Below are positions 13,901 through 26,400 of a stretch of DNA of 64,000 bases, one piece after another. The translations under genes were made by a program, and so were the position numbers. Within the stretch, counting starts at the first letter, position 1, and every line of letters begins with the position of its first letter. Source of the DNA: Lama glama (lineage: Eukaryota); contig CM052817.1 in assembly GCA_028534125.1 (NCBI GenBank), forward strand, positions 4,590,001-4,654,000, given 5' to 3'. Under the pieces are notes generated by a model. It did not search any database and had not been told where the DNA came from. It was given only the letters and a program-made list of their open reading frames with translations.

Positions 13901-16900
13901 ACTTTGATGTTTATTTCTGTCCTTCTACTGACCTTGGACTTCATTTGTTCTTCTTTTTCTAGTTCCTTTATGTGTATAATTAGATTGTTTATTTGAGATT
14001 TTTCTTGTTTCTTGAGGTAGGCCTTATTGCTGTGAATTACCTCTTAGGGCTGCCTTTGCTGCACCCCATAGATTTTTTGGTATGTCGTATTTTTGTTTGT
14101 CTTCAGGTACATTTTTTAATTTCTCTTTTGATTTCTTCATTGACCCAATAATTGTTCAGTAACATGTTTCAGTCTTCAGATATTTGTGATTTTTCCAACT
14201 TTCTTCTTGTAGTTGATTTCTAGTTTCATACCACTGTGTTCAGAAAAGATGCTTGGTATGTCCTTAGTCTTCTTAACTTACTGAGAATTGTTTGTGTACC
14301 AACATATGATCTGTCCTTGAGAAAGTTTCATGTTCACTTAGGAGAATGTGTATTCTACTGCATTTGGATGAAATGTTCTGTACAAATCTATCAAACCCAT
14401 CTGTTCTACTGTTTCCTTTTTGACTTTCTGTCTCCATGATCTATTCATTGATGTAAGCAGGGTGTTAAGATGAATCTCTCATTACTATTGTGCTGCTGTC
14501 AGTTTCTCCCTTTAGGTCTGCTAATACTTGTTTTATATATGCTGGTGCTCCCATGTTTGGTGCATATATATTAATAGCTGTTAGATCTTGATGCAGTTTC
14601 CCTTTTGTCATTATACACTACTCATTTTTGTCTCATTACCTTTTTTGGCTTAAAGTCTGTTTTGTCTGATATGAGTTTGGCTACACCCCCCTTTTTGGCT
14701 GCCACTTGCTTGGAGTATCCTCTTCCAGCCCTTCCCTTTCAGCCCATATTTGTCTTTAGAGCTGACAGGCAGCATGTAGTTGGGTCTTAATCCATTCGGC
14801 CACTCTGTCTCTTTTGATTGGTGAATTCAATCCATTTACGTTTAAGGTTATTATTGATAGATGAGGACTTAGTTCTACCATTTTATCTTTTTTCTGGTTG
14901 CTGTACATGTCCCTTTTTATTTCTGGTGTTTCTATCTGCCATTTTGATTTGATGGTTTTCTATGATATTTTTCTCAGTTTCCTCTTTTTTGTGTTTCATG
15001 TCTTTGCTTTAGATTTATAATTTGTGGTTACTGTGATGCTTGTATAAAACTTTTCAGATAAAATAGTCCTTTTTCTGCTGATAGCATCTTATATTCATTT
15101 ATGTGTACAGAGTCCATCTTTTTTTTCTTCCCCTTTTGTGTTTTTTTCCCCTCAAGTTATCCATCTTTATGTTGTGAGCTACCAGACTGAAGTAGTTATC
15201 GGTATTTTTTCTGCTTTTTTCCCTCCTTCTAACTTTTATGTTATAATAAAGTGTTTTAAAACCTATTCTGGAAAAGAGTTACAATTTTCTGGTTCTGTCA
15301 GCTTACTCACACTTTTGAGTACTTTGCCTTTCTGTTTCTGGAAGAAGAACTCCTTCCAGCATTTCTCATAAGATAGGTCCAGTGGCGATGAACTCCCTCA
15401 GCTTTTGTCTGTTTGAGAAAGGCTTTATTTCTCCTTCATCTCTGAATGATAACCTTGCTGGAGAGAGTATTCTTGGGTGACATATTTTGTCTTTCAGCAT
15501 TCTGAGGAGGTCATTCTGCTCCCTCCTGGTCTTCAAGGTTTCTTCGGAGAAATCTGCTGAGAGCCTAATGCTGGCTCCTTTGTAGGTTGCCATCTTTTCC
15601 CCCTGGCTGCCTTGTCGTTGACTTTTGACAGTTTGAATATAGCGTGTCATGGAGATCTCTCTGAATTGGGGTAATTAGGTGTTCTCTTAGCTGCATAGAC
15701 CGTGTATCCAATTCCTTTCCCAGGTTTGTGCATTCTCAGTTATTATTTCTCAAAATAAACTCTCCACTCCTTTTTCCTCTCTTCTCTGGGATACCCATTA
15801 CCCTAACGTTGCCCTTCCTAAAAGAGCTGGATAGCTCTTGTAGACGTCCCCCATTTTCTAACATCTTATTTCTCTTCCCTCTTCTACTTGTGTCATTCCT
15901 AGATCTCTGTGTTTGAGCTCGCTAGTCCTCTCCATAGGGGCTGCTCTGTTTCCAATGTTTCCCAATGCGTTCTTTACCTCCTTTATGAGCTCTTCAGCTG
16001 CAGAATTGCAATTGGTTCTTTTTTTTGAGTTCCAATTTCTTTGATAAAGTATTCCCTCTATGCATTCATTTTATTCCTCCGCCCGTTGAACTGCTTTTCT
16101 GGGTCTCCTTGTAGCTGGCCGAGTTTCTTCCTGACAGCTGTTTTGAATTCTCTATCAGTTAGATCTCAGTATTCCGTGGCTCGAAGCTTGGTTTCTGGAG
16201 AATTGACATTTTCTTTTTGTAGTGCAATGTTGCTGTGGTTCTGCATGATGCTCGATGAGCTGTCCCTCTGCCAGTGCACTTGTAGTCTTGAACACCTTTC
16301 TGCTTGATTCTGAGCTGCCTCTAGTTATATTCAGGAGTTGGCACTTCCCATCCTCCATTGCCTCTGTCAGAGGTGTGGCTCTGTGCTCTCATTATCGCTT
16401 CCTGTGCCTGAGTTTGTTGGTACCTTGCTGTCGCCATTGTCACTGGTGTTGCTTCCTGGGGCACCAGGATGGAGGGCTCTTCTGGAAACCCCTGAGTTGC
16501 AGGCTCTGTCACCACAGGGGGAGGGGGAGAGTCGGGGGAGCTGGCTTCATGCAGGCACCTCTACCATGTCCAGTGTTGTGAGGTTCATGGGTTCATCTGC
16601 TGGGAGTGGGGAGCAAAGTTGTGGGTGCCTCAGTGGCTGGAGAACAGGGTTCGAGACCCCACTGCTACTGTTGGCCAGTTACTTATGGCTAAAGGCTCTG
16701 CTGCGGCTGGAATATCCCCTCCCCCTGCTGCTACTGGGATGTTTGGGCTGGGGGCTCATCTGGCATGGCTTGGGGGGCTAGGACTGCAGGCACCATCTCT
16801 GCTGTTCCCCCAATTCTGCCTCCACTATGTGTGCCGGTCTACTCACCTTTAGATGTACAAGTGTGTGGAATTTTCTGGCATCCTGTTAGGCAGGGGCCCC

Positions 16901-16988
16901 TTTGTTGTACTGTGGGTGTTTTACTGGTTATAGGTTGAAGGGGGAGACAGAGAGGGTGTCTCACTCCACCATGATGCTGACGTCCTCC
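10915..16988 (-). mobile_element. Near full-length decayed LINE-1 (about 6.1 kb), antisense in the EVC2 intron
   Basis: On the minus strand: 5' end GAGGACGTCAGCATCATGGTGGAGTGAG near 16988; ORF1 C-terminal remnant (YKGASIRLSADFSEETL...PARLSF, 15366-15650); ORF2 start MVELSPHLSIITLNVNGLNSPIKR at 14881; RT and C-terminal fragments ([37 protein letters not shown]); 3'UTR and A-tail near 10915. Many stops and frameshifts. Confidence 0.93.
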
Positions 16989-19900
16989 ACGTCCATTTAA
17001 CAAATACTTAAAATTTCTATGTGTGTGTAACAGAACATAGAGCCAGATGTGGTTCTGAGAACTTTACAAATACTTATAATCCTCTTAACAACCCTAGGAA
17101 GCAGGTACTGCTGTCGTCACCATCTTACAGACTAGGACTCAAAGTTAAGGAGCCTGCCCCAGGGCACACACAAGTAAATGAGAGGGCAGGTTTCAGACCC
17201 ACGTGGTGCGGCTCCGGGATACGTGCTCTTGGTCAGGGTCCTGCGCTGACCGTGGTTTCTCCTGCCAGGAACATGGCTCACAGTCTCCTGGTTGTCACTC
17301 TAAAATTCATCATTTTAGCTTTTCCCTCTTTCAGTTCACAAATGTTGACAGATGACTTCTTTATGTTTCCCGTTTTCAGTTGCTGCCAAAATTCTCAATC
17401 TCATCTTTTGTTTCCTCCAACATATTAAGCAGAATTATTTTTATGTCTCCATCTGAAAACTTGACTGTATTTAACCCTGTTTGGCGTCTACTACACGTTG
17501 TTCCCCTTAGTTTGTGATCACACTTTCCTGTCCCTTTGTATCCTATGTAGTTTTGATTGTGTCCCAGACATTGTAAATGAAAACTGAGAAGACAGTTTGA
17601 AGACTAGGATGATGCTGCCTTCTTCCAGGTGGTTAAGGGTGTGCTTGTGGGTTACCTCGATCTAATCAGAGATGGAGTTCGTTCAAAGTCGGGCTTCATT
17701 TCCTTCAAGGGCTGGTCTGTTTCTGGTACATCTTTACTCCTGAGGTATGAATACCAACCAGAAGGCCAAGGGATTTCATCATGGTGACGTCTCCTCAGCA
17801 GTCTTTGAACTCCAGGTTTCATCTTCGGAAATTCTGCTTGGCTTTTCAGCCCCTGCCTCTTCTAGATCTACCAGATGCTCTTAGGAACACAGTGTCCCCA
17901 ACTATGGGACTCTCTGAGTTTCCTGGTGCTGCTAGATCTTGACTTCCTGTTTATTTACTGCCTTGTTATCCCTCAGATACTTTCAAACAGATTTTGTTTC
18001 TGTGCAACTTTTCTAATTGTTTTCAGTGGGAGAGTTTGCCAAATTTACCTTGGCCACCCTCAGTAGGAACAGATCCCATCTTTGCGTAAACCATCCTCTG
18101 GGCAATGAACCGGATTCAGTCCTTGCTGTCAGTGGCAGTGTATGAGCCTGTGTTTTCCACTGTAGACATGGAAACAGACGTGGCTCAAGATAGCGTAAAG
18201 CAACAGGGCCACCAAGTGCATTGGTTAAGACCATGGTCCCTGGAGTTAGATCAGGGTTTAAATCTGGGCTGTGACACCATGTGGCCTTGGCTAAGCTACT
18301 CAAGTGAAGGCTTAGGATGGAGAAGAGGAGCAGGGTCACAGAGATTTCTGGATGTCAGACTCCACAGTCGGTACTGGAGACCCAGGGAGTTTTTTCCAAT
18401 AAGAGTAGATTGTGTTTTAAAAGACTACTCTGGGTGCAAATGGAAAATGGCTTAGAGGGGAGAGCAGGGAGACGAGGGTCGGGGATGTCGAAGTGCGATG
18501 TAGGGTGGGAACGGTGGACTTGAAGGGAAGGGAAGATCTCAGGTGACTCCTCAGGGTTCCGGGTTTTGTTGCTAGTTTACTGATTTATTTTTGAGGGGGA
18601 AAGCTGGGGGCACCCAACAGTTCCAGCCTCTCGGTAGATCCCGAGATTACAGAAGTGTCCAGGAGCATGGAGGACGGAGGGGGTCCACCTTCATGACAGC
18701 ACTTAGATGCTGAATCTGGGGCACAGATCTTTGGAAGATTATGCCAAATACACCGTCTGAAGGGACTGGGTTCTCATTTGGTTTCGGCAGCATTTCGTTT
18801 TTACCTTTTTTGCTTTCTTGTTATATAGATGATTGTTAATAACGGGGCCATCTGGGAACCCTTCAGACTGGATGCCGTGTACAGCAAACTTTTCCTGGCT
18901 CTAGAGTCAAGGTGCAGAGCGTCTGCCCACGTCCCCCTGGGGAGTCATTGCCGTGAATTTAGAGCCATCAGCATGCTGATAAGCGCTAATGCTTTATATT
19001 TTTGTGTATTTGTGCAGCGTATAAAAATGGACAATCTCTTTCCCATGCCATAGTTAACCTGGTCCTTACACTGATGCTCTATTGCGCATCTAGCTTTCAG
19101 TATTGGATAGTTGAAGAATCTGCTGCTCGGCTAAGTCGAGAGGTTTATCTGTAGTCACGCATCTATTAAGTGACAGAACAGGACTCGAGCTTTCTCAGTA
19201 TTTAACATCGGGCACACTGGATTTTGCAAATATTCTCTGAGCCTCAGTTTCATTGTTGCTCACCTGGGGAAGCTGTGGCCCACCGCCGGGGGACACTGTA
19301 AAGTGTAGCGATACGAAAGAGACGTGTGATAGAGTCCTTATGGCAACGGTGCCTCTGAGCCCCGGTCGGATTTAAAGGGAGGTGAGCAGATCCCGACGAG
19401 AAGCGTTCAAGACGATCAGCACTTCCTTGAGTCCTTCTCCAGCCCGTTGCAGGCAGCAGCTGAAAATGGAGGCGCTCCAGAGGCAAAGCTGAGCAGCCCT
19501 GTGACCCTGTCCCCTGGCACCTGCTAGCGGTGAGGAGGGACCGGCCCAGGGTAGAAGCAGAAGCAGAGTGGCCTCCTCTTCAGAGGGACTGCTCACCGAG
19601 CTGGAGGGAAGCGCCGCTGTGCGTGGCTCATGGCACCTTGTGAGCCCAGCGGGTGTTCTCAGCAGAGAGGGCCTTTCCTCCTGCTTGGAAGGGGGCGCCT
19701 TCCCAGCTGAGCGAGCGCCTCTAGGCGGGGCCAGCCCGTCAGCTTTGTGACTGCCTGGATGACCTCGCTCCCAGCTGGGAACCGGGCCTGTGAGTCCATT
19801 TCTGGGTGTCAGGCTTCTGTGGTCATTCAGGTGTGAGCCTTCATTTTAGCTTAATTCCCTAATCACAATGCCAAGGGTGACAAATTAAACTTAACCGCAC

Positions 19901-20300
19901 TGTCCGAGAGGGCGAAGGAAGGACAGGCAGTAGGGTGGGGGGGGCTGCTTCCTGGTGGGGAGTAATAAATGCTTCCCATGATGGTAAGTGGTAGGAGCAG
20001 GGGATCACCAGCGTATTTCGTAGCTAAAAGTTTGTTTTCTTCCAATACTTGGAAATGAATAGCAAAGTGAAAGGACTTGATTTGTGTGATCAGCACCCAG
20101 GTATTTAATTTGCAGGAAGGCCATGCTCCATCACCTTCTGACCTGCGTCATTAGTGCTGTAAAATAGGAAAGTGTTGGTCATCCCGGCTTTGTTTTAGAC
20201 TCAAGAAGTGATGACCTTTGAGAAGCACATCTTCCTTTATCCCAATGTTTTATGAAATTATTCTCAGCCGCTGCCATTTGCTGGTTTTGGGCTGTGAATG

Positions 20301-20915
20301 TGGTTCAGGAAAAAGGGGGCTGAGAGGGTGGCTGTGTCCCAGGTGTCCCAGGCGAGTCCCTGGGACCACTGCGTCCGGCCAAGTGAGTTCCTTGGCTTCT
20401 CGCAGGGAAGAATTCAAGAGCGAGCCAGAGCAGAGTGAAGGCAAATTGATTCAGAGAGATGCATACTCCACAGACCGAGTGTAGGCCCTCTCAGAAGGCC
20501 AGAGAGGCCATGAGGCGTTGGGGGTGGGTGTTTGGTTTAAAGTAAAAGTAGATACGCCGTCCATAGACAGAGTGAGGGCCATCTCAAAAGGCGGGAGAAA
20601 GGCCCGAGGAGGCGTGAGGTTGTTGGTGTTTATGGGCGCGGTTATTTCATATCCTAGCAAGTGGGGGGGTTATTCCAGCTGCTTTGGGGAAGGGGCTGGG
20701 ATTCCTAGGAATTGGGCCACCGCCCACTTTGACCTTTATGGTCAGGCTCTGAACCATCCTGGCACCTGTGGGAGGGCCATTTGGCAGCTACTGTATTACA
20801 ATGAGCCTATAATGAAGCTCAAGTTCTCCTGGGAGTGGAATCGTCCGCCATCTTGGTGCTAATGGCTGTGTCATTCTTTTAATCCTTGTGCCCTGCCCCC
20901 TGCCCTCCCATCTCA
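20301..20915 (-). mobile_element. ERV1-type solo LTR (family A)
   Basis: TG...CA termini, 4-bp TSD AATG (20297-20300 / 20916-20919), clear similarity to the LTR at 63005. Confidence 0.85.
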
Positions 20916-22111
20916 AATGTGATAAGGATTCTGAGCTTCACCAAGATTTTATCCTTGCAAATCACTTAGTGGCTCTGGCTGGAATTTTGTATTTATTTCT
21001 TCTTGGGAACCAATCATATTTTGCCTGAAGGGTGTTGCACAATGATTACCACGCATGATCTGAAAGCCCCCAGCTGGAGAGCTAAGGATCCTCCTCCCTT
21101 CCCCTCTGCCAGCTCCTCCCTACCCCCCGCCTCATCCCAACATTCAGTATTTATTGAAAACCAGCTCTGTTTCAGGCACCGTGGTTGGATGCTCATTTGG
21201 GGACTGGGTGATGGTTTGAAAAATTATAGCACTGTCAATTACTTTTAATGTTTCCATCTTGACTTATGTCAGGCGTAGAAGCTCCCAGAAAGAACCTGTC
21301 ATTCAGAGTGTCAGGAGCTTGGGACTCTGTGATAATCTCCCCACCAAAAATAGCACTTTTCTCTAGCAAATAATGGATCCCATTTGTAATTCTTCCATTA
21401 GGTTTAGCTGGAATTCTAAACATGCCATTTGGTGATTTGATTGTCACCTCATTTCCGAGACCCGTCAGAGCCGCTGCTCTGCCCTGTCTTGCTGATTTAT
21501 TTTTGACGGAGCATTTCCTTGGTTTGCCAGATTGTCTATCTTTTACATCGTTTATTCATGGGCTGCCTCTTACGGACAGGATTTGAGGAAGGAATATTTC
21601 CTTTGATTTCTGTCAGACTCCCTGCCTGTTGCCCTAATGGAAGCGGCCCAAGCCCCAGGCGTGGGGGGAAGGAGCGAGGAGGAACAGGGCACTGGCTGGT
21701 CCCAGAAGCTTCTGGAGGCACGGGATGCTGCAGGGTTTTAGCTCCGGTCTTGCTCTGGCCCTCACGCCCGCCAAGTATGTCACGCCGGCCATCTTATTTC
21801 ATTCTCTCAGCAAGTTTCCCAAGGAAGCTGGTGTTCAGGGAGGTTCATTGGTTTTGCCTGAGGTCGTACAAGTGGTCATGGACTTGGGCCCAAGCCTGAG
21901 TGCTTTCAACAACTTTTTAAAGATTGAGCTTAGATTTTCACAGAGAGGCAGAGAAAAATAAGAAAGTCCAGCCTGTGTTTACTTTCTCTGTGATTAAAGG
22001 TGGGCTCATTGCTGTCTTTTGATGCTACCAACATCGCCTTGTAAACGGCCTCAGAATTATGTTTTGTACAAGGTGGGTGTTCAAAGAGTATTTGTAACAT
22101 TGAGGCTTTTG

Positions 22112-22251
22112 TTTGTTTGTTTATTTTGGGGGGAAGGTAATTAGATTTATTTATTTAACTATTTTTTTAAATGGCAGTGCTGGAAATTGAACCCAGGATC
22201 TTGTGCATGCTGAGCACGCACTCCACCACTTGAACTATACCTTCCCCCCGA
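22112..22251 (-). mobile_element. tRNA-derived SINE (camelid type)
   Basis: Reverse strand GGGGGGAAGGTATAGTTCAAGTGGTGGAG...GGGTTCAATTTCC (A/B boxes), AATAAATCTAATTACC tail, 13-bp TSD attgaggcttttg (22099-22111 / 22252-22264). Confidence 0.9.
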
Positions 22252-22274
22252 ATTGAGGCTTTTGCATGCTTGTC

Positions 22275-23408
22275 CGGGTGCACCTAGGAGACAGCGTAGC
22301 CTTGCTTCCGGCCACCACAGTGCAGTGAGTCACACAATGTTCATACCTTAAAAATAATTTACTGCTAAATATACTTTTTCTTTAAATTGAAGTGGAGTTG
22401 ATTTACAATATTGTGTTAGTTTCTGGTATACATCATAATGATTCAGTTGTATATATATATTTTTTTTCAGACTCTTTTCCCTAATGGTTTATTACAGGAT
22501 ATTGAGTATAGTTCCCTGTGCTCTGCGGTAGGGCCTTGTTGTCTATCTATTTTATATACAGTAGTTTGTATCTGCAATTCCCAGTCTCCTAATTTATCCC
22601 TCCTGCCCTTTCCCCTTTGGTAACCATAAGTTTGTTTTCTGTGCCTGTGAGTCTGTTGCTATTTCGTAAATAAGGCTTTTTGTGGCCTTTTCTTAGATTC
22701 CACATATAAGTGATATCATATGATATTTGTATTTCTCTGACTTACTTCGCTTTGAATGATAATCTCTGGGTCCATCCATGTTGCTGCAAATGACATTATT
22801 TCATTCTTTTTTATGGCTGAGTAGTATTCCATTGTATATCTATGCAGACCACAATTTCTTTATTCAGCCATCCGTTGATGGACATTTAGGTGGCTTCCAT
22901 GTCTTGGCTCTTGTAAATAATGCTGCTATGAAGATAAAAAATGCTTTTGATTTAAAGTGAGAGATGTGTAACTCTTCCTCTCACTTGAACACGTAAAGGC
23001 CACTCTGAGGTTATTAACTGGCCTCATTTCAGTGTTGTTGTGTCTCAGGAAATAGAGAGGCTGGAGGAGAGGGAGCGAGACAGGGAGCAGGTAGGACACA
23101 CAGCATTTATCGGTTAAGTTTGCTGTCTGGTATGGGCACCGTTTGTGGCAGCTGAAAACAGTTATAATAGTATCATCAGAGGTCACTGATGACAGAGCAC
23201 CATAACAATTATAATAATAATGAAAAAATTTGACAGATTGTGACAATTACCAAAATGTGACACAGAGGCAGGAAATGAGCAAATGCTGGTGGGAAAATGG
23301 CGCTGAGCGACTTGCCCAACGCAGGGCTGCCATGGACCTTCAGTTTGTTAAAAACACAGGATCTGCCAAGCTTGGTCAAGCAAAGCAAAATAAAACGAGG
23401 TCTGTCTA
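22275..23408 (-). mobile_element. Internally deleted Tigger1 DNA transposon, interrupted by an L1 3' fragment
   Basis: Both Tigger1 terminal regions are recognisable (cacctaggagacagcg...ccaccac; ...aataaaacgaggtctgtct) with Tigger1 internal text at 22940-23400. Confidence 0.75.
22375..22932 (-). mobile_element. Cetartiodactyl-type LINE-1 3' end nested in Tigger1
   Basis: ttgaagtggagttgatttacaatattgtgttagtttctgg...atattgagtatagttccctgtgct...tggacatttaggtggcttccatgtcttggct. Confidence 0.8.
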
Positions 23409-26400
23409 CATTGAGTAGTTTTTTTACGGACCTACCATATAATAAATTTTTTCCAACTTCTGTTGGTTAATTTGATAGCAAAGATTAGGAGAAGGTGCAC
23501 TGTTACTCAAACTGGACTCCCTGGGATCCAGGTCTGTCCGATGTCCATCCTGCAGGCTTCATATGTGTGTGTGGGATTGAGGAATGAATGAGGGAGACTC
23601 ACCAGGACCTGCCGATGGTTTGGGAGTTGGGTGTGAGGGAAAAAAGCCATTAGGGATGGCGCCTACGTTTCAGCCTGAGCAACGGGGAGAATATGGTGCG
23701 AATTCCTAAGATGATTGCATTTTGAAGAACAGATTGGAAGTTAGTTTTGGGCCTGGTGACTAAAAGATGCCTTTGAGACATCAGGATGGAGGGGTCAAGC
23801 AGGCAGGCAGATGCGCAGGTCTGTTATCAGGTGAAATCTGGGCTGGAGATGCTGAGCAAGGCAGGGGTTGGTGCGGGAGCCCAGCCCTTCCGACACCAAG
23901 GCTGGTGCCCCTGGTTCTTCCTCATTGTCGGCAGACCATTTGATGGAGATTCTTCTTGGACTGAGCAAGAGGAGGGAGAGGGGCCCTGTCCAAGTAGGGG
24001 CGGCCTTGATGTGACTGGGGCAGCTCGCCCACTTCCCTCCGAGTGAGTGGGGTGAGGGGGTGGCCGGCAGGGGCAGAGGCTCGGGAAATACTCGTGGCCT
24101 CGAATAGTTTCACCTGGGGACCTGGTGCCGGGTGTTGCGCTGGGGACTCGTGGGGCGGCGGTGGGTTTGGGAAGCCAATAAATAACTCCCTGTTCTTTTC
24201 TCCCCAAATTCTGAGTGACCCTGAGGAGACCTTTACCTCCCCCTCCCTCTCTTCCGTCTTTCTTTTCTCTTCTTTCATTGTTCCCTTTCTGTATTGATTA
24301 CGCACCTGCTATGTGTCAAGGACCCTGCGACACCGTGGGGACACAAACGAGAGTCCCGCGTGCCCTTGTCCCTGGGCCTCCACGGGCCCTCACCACGTGG
24401 TTTTGCGATGCTCAGGTTGTGAGTCTGTTTCCACGTCAGACCGTGAGTCCTGGGGCAGGGGCGGGTCTGGCAGCACTCGGTGAGCGTCTGTGTCCGTCTT
24501 GTGAACAGTTGAGCGGGTGAAACTAGAGCTGGGTGTTGGAGGGTCACAGGGACATTATCGGGAAGTGAGTGGATGGGGGTGTTCTCTGCAGGGGAGCGAT
24601 GTGTGTGGGTGTGGGTGTGAGAGGGAGTGTGATGGCCTCACCAGGCTTGGAGAGACTTCAGGAGGCTGGACACACAGGAAGGAGTCAGGGAAGAGGCTCA
24701 TGGGCCCTCCCTTCCCTCCTGACCGCAGCCCCCCGTATGGCTAACTCATGTCTAGGCTCCTCCCAGATTTCTGGGAGGATCAAGTTCACCTCGAGCACCA
24801 AACGGCCAAGCATCGTGCTACACAGGCCACCTGAGCAGCCTCACCCCTGTGCCTCGCTGCTGTGTTCCCACCAGTGCCTGTCAAGCCGGTGCGGGGTTCT
24901 TATGATGGACACAAGGAAACAGCTCCCAAGCAGCGCAGAGTGGCGATAACGCCAGTCTGGTTTCCATGGCAACCTGCACTCATCTTCCCAGCAAGGTGAG
25001 GGTTTGTTGGAGAAGTTCTGTGTCCAACAAACGCCCTCTGTCAGCAAGTGTTTACCGAGCTCCCACTGAGCACTTGGCGCCGCGCGGGGTGAGATGCTGG
25101 AGAGGAAGGCAAGCAAAGCGAGGACCCAAGATGCCCACCGTCTGCAGGGAGGAACAGCTCTCACTCAGCGCAGTGAGATGGTGCAGGCGGGATGATCACG
25201 GAACAGCACCCCCACTGAGTGGTCCCAGCCCCACCATAGTGCCCTCTGTGTGTGGGTGACTTACAGTGGCCCATTTAACCTTCGCAGGACGTGATGGCCG
25301 TGCTCACTGACCCAGCGCCTCACCTTCTCCACACAACCTTCCAGACTACAAGGTTCAGGCATCCTCTTAGGAATTTCTTAGATATAAAAGGAATCATCTC
25401 AACAGCTGGATGTATCAGAGGGGTCTGTAAAGAGCTCCCACCTCCCCCCACCGAGTTCTGAGCCCGCTGGCAAATCAGACATACATCGGGCATCTTCTCC
25501 AGACCAGCCTGAAAAGTCACCCGTCACGTTTGTTCCTTAGAGAAGCCAGGCTGGAGGGTGTGGCCTGATCTGGAGGCATAACTAGCCCCAGAGTTGGACA
25601 TGGCGGGCCTCTTCCCGACACTGACTACAGGGAATTCCTGCTCCAGGTCTGAGATCCCTCCCCCAGTCCTCCATCACTCCCACTCCCGGAGCTTCCACTC
25701 AGGAAGGGCCATCAACAGAGGGAAGACGCATGTGGTCCCTTCCAGCCCTGGCCACTGAGATCAGTCAGCGTCAGTGATGGACACCAGTCACAAACAGGAA
25801 GTAATATGTGTGTGCTGGCAGGTGAGCTGGGCCAGCTGCTCTGGGGGTGATGGTGCTTCTCGCAGGCTTTTGGGGCCCTGTCTTGGGGTACCGTCTTGAC
25901 GTCACTGTACACATTGGTCTGGCACCAGCCACAGAGAGCAGCCCAGAGACTCATTCTGTCCCAGACTCTCAGAATGCCCATGTTTGCTTTTTTTTTTTTC
26001 TGTTTCTTGACTCAATTTTCTGAATAGTAAATAGTCTACATGGCAAAGTATCAGAATGACATAAAAGTGGCATAAAAGGCCATACCGTGGAAATCACGTT
26101 GTCTTCTCATCGCCTGGGGTTGTCATCCCCAAAGGCAAAGGCAGTCCATCACCCATGTCGTGTGTCCTTTGGAGATCATCTCTGCCCACAAGCACGTTTA
26201 CACGTAGGCTCCTTTATTAGAATGCAACCTGACGGCTACTTCACTCACTGTTTGCTCCCTTCCCTCCCACTGTGCTACCTTCCTGGAGATGGTTGAACAT
26301 CTTTACCTACAGGACGACCTTGCTCTTTTAAGTGGCTGCCTAACATTCCAGTAACACCGATGATAACTGCAGTTTTTGAGAACTTAATGTAAGTGAGACA

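Noticed and set aside
11200..16270. Active LINE-1
   Set aside because: ORF1 and ORF2 are broken by many stops, frameshifts and deletions.
19713..19732. CTCF-like motif gagcgcctctaggcgggg
   Set aside because: Core spacing does not fit the CCRSYAGRKGGCR consensus.
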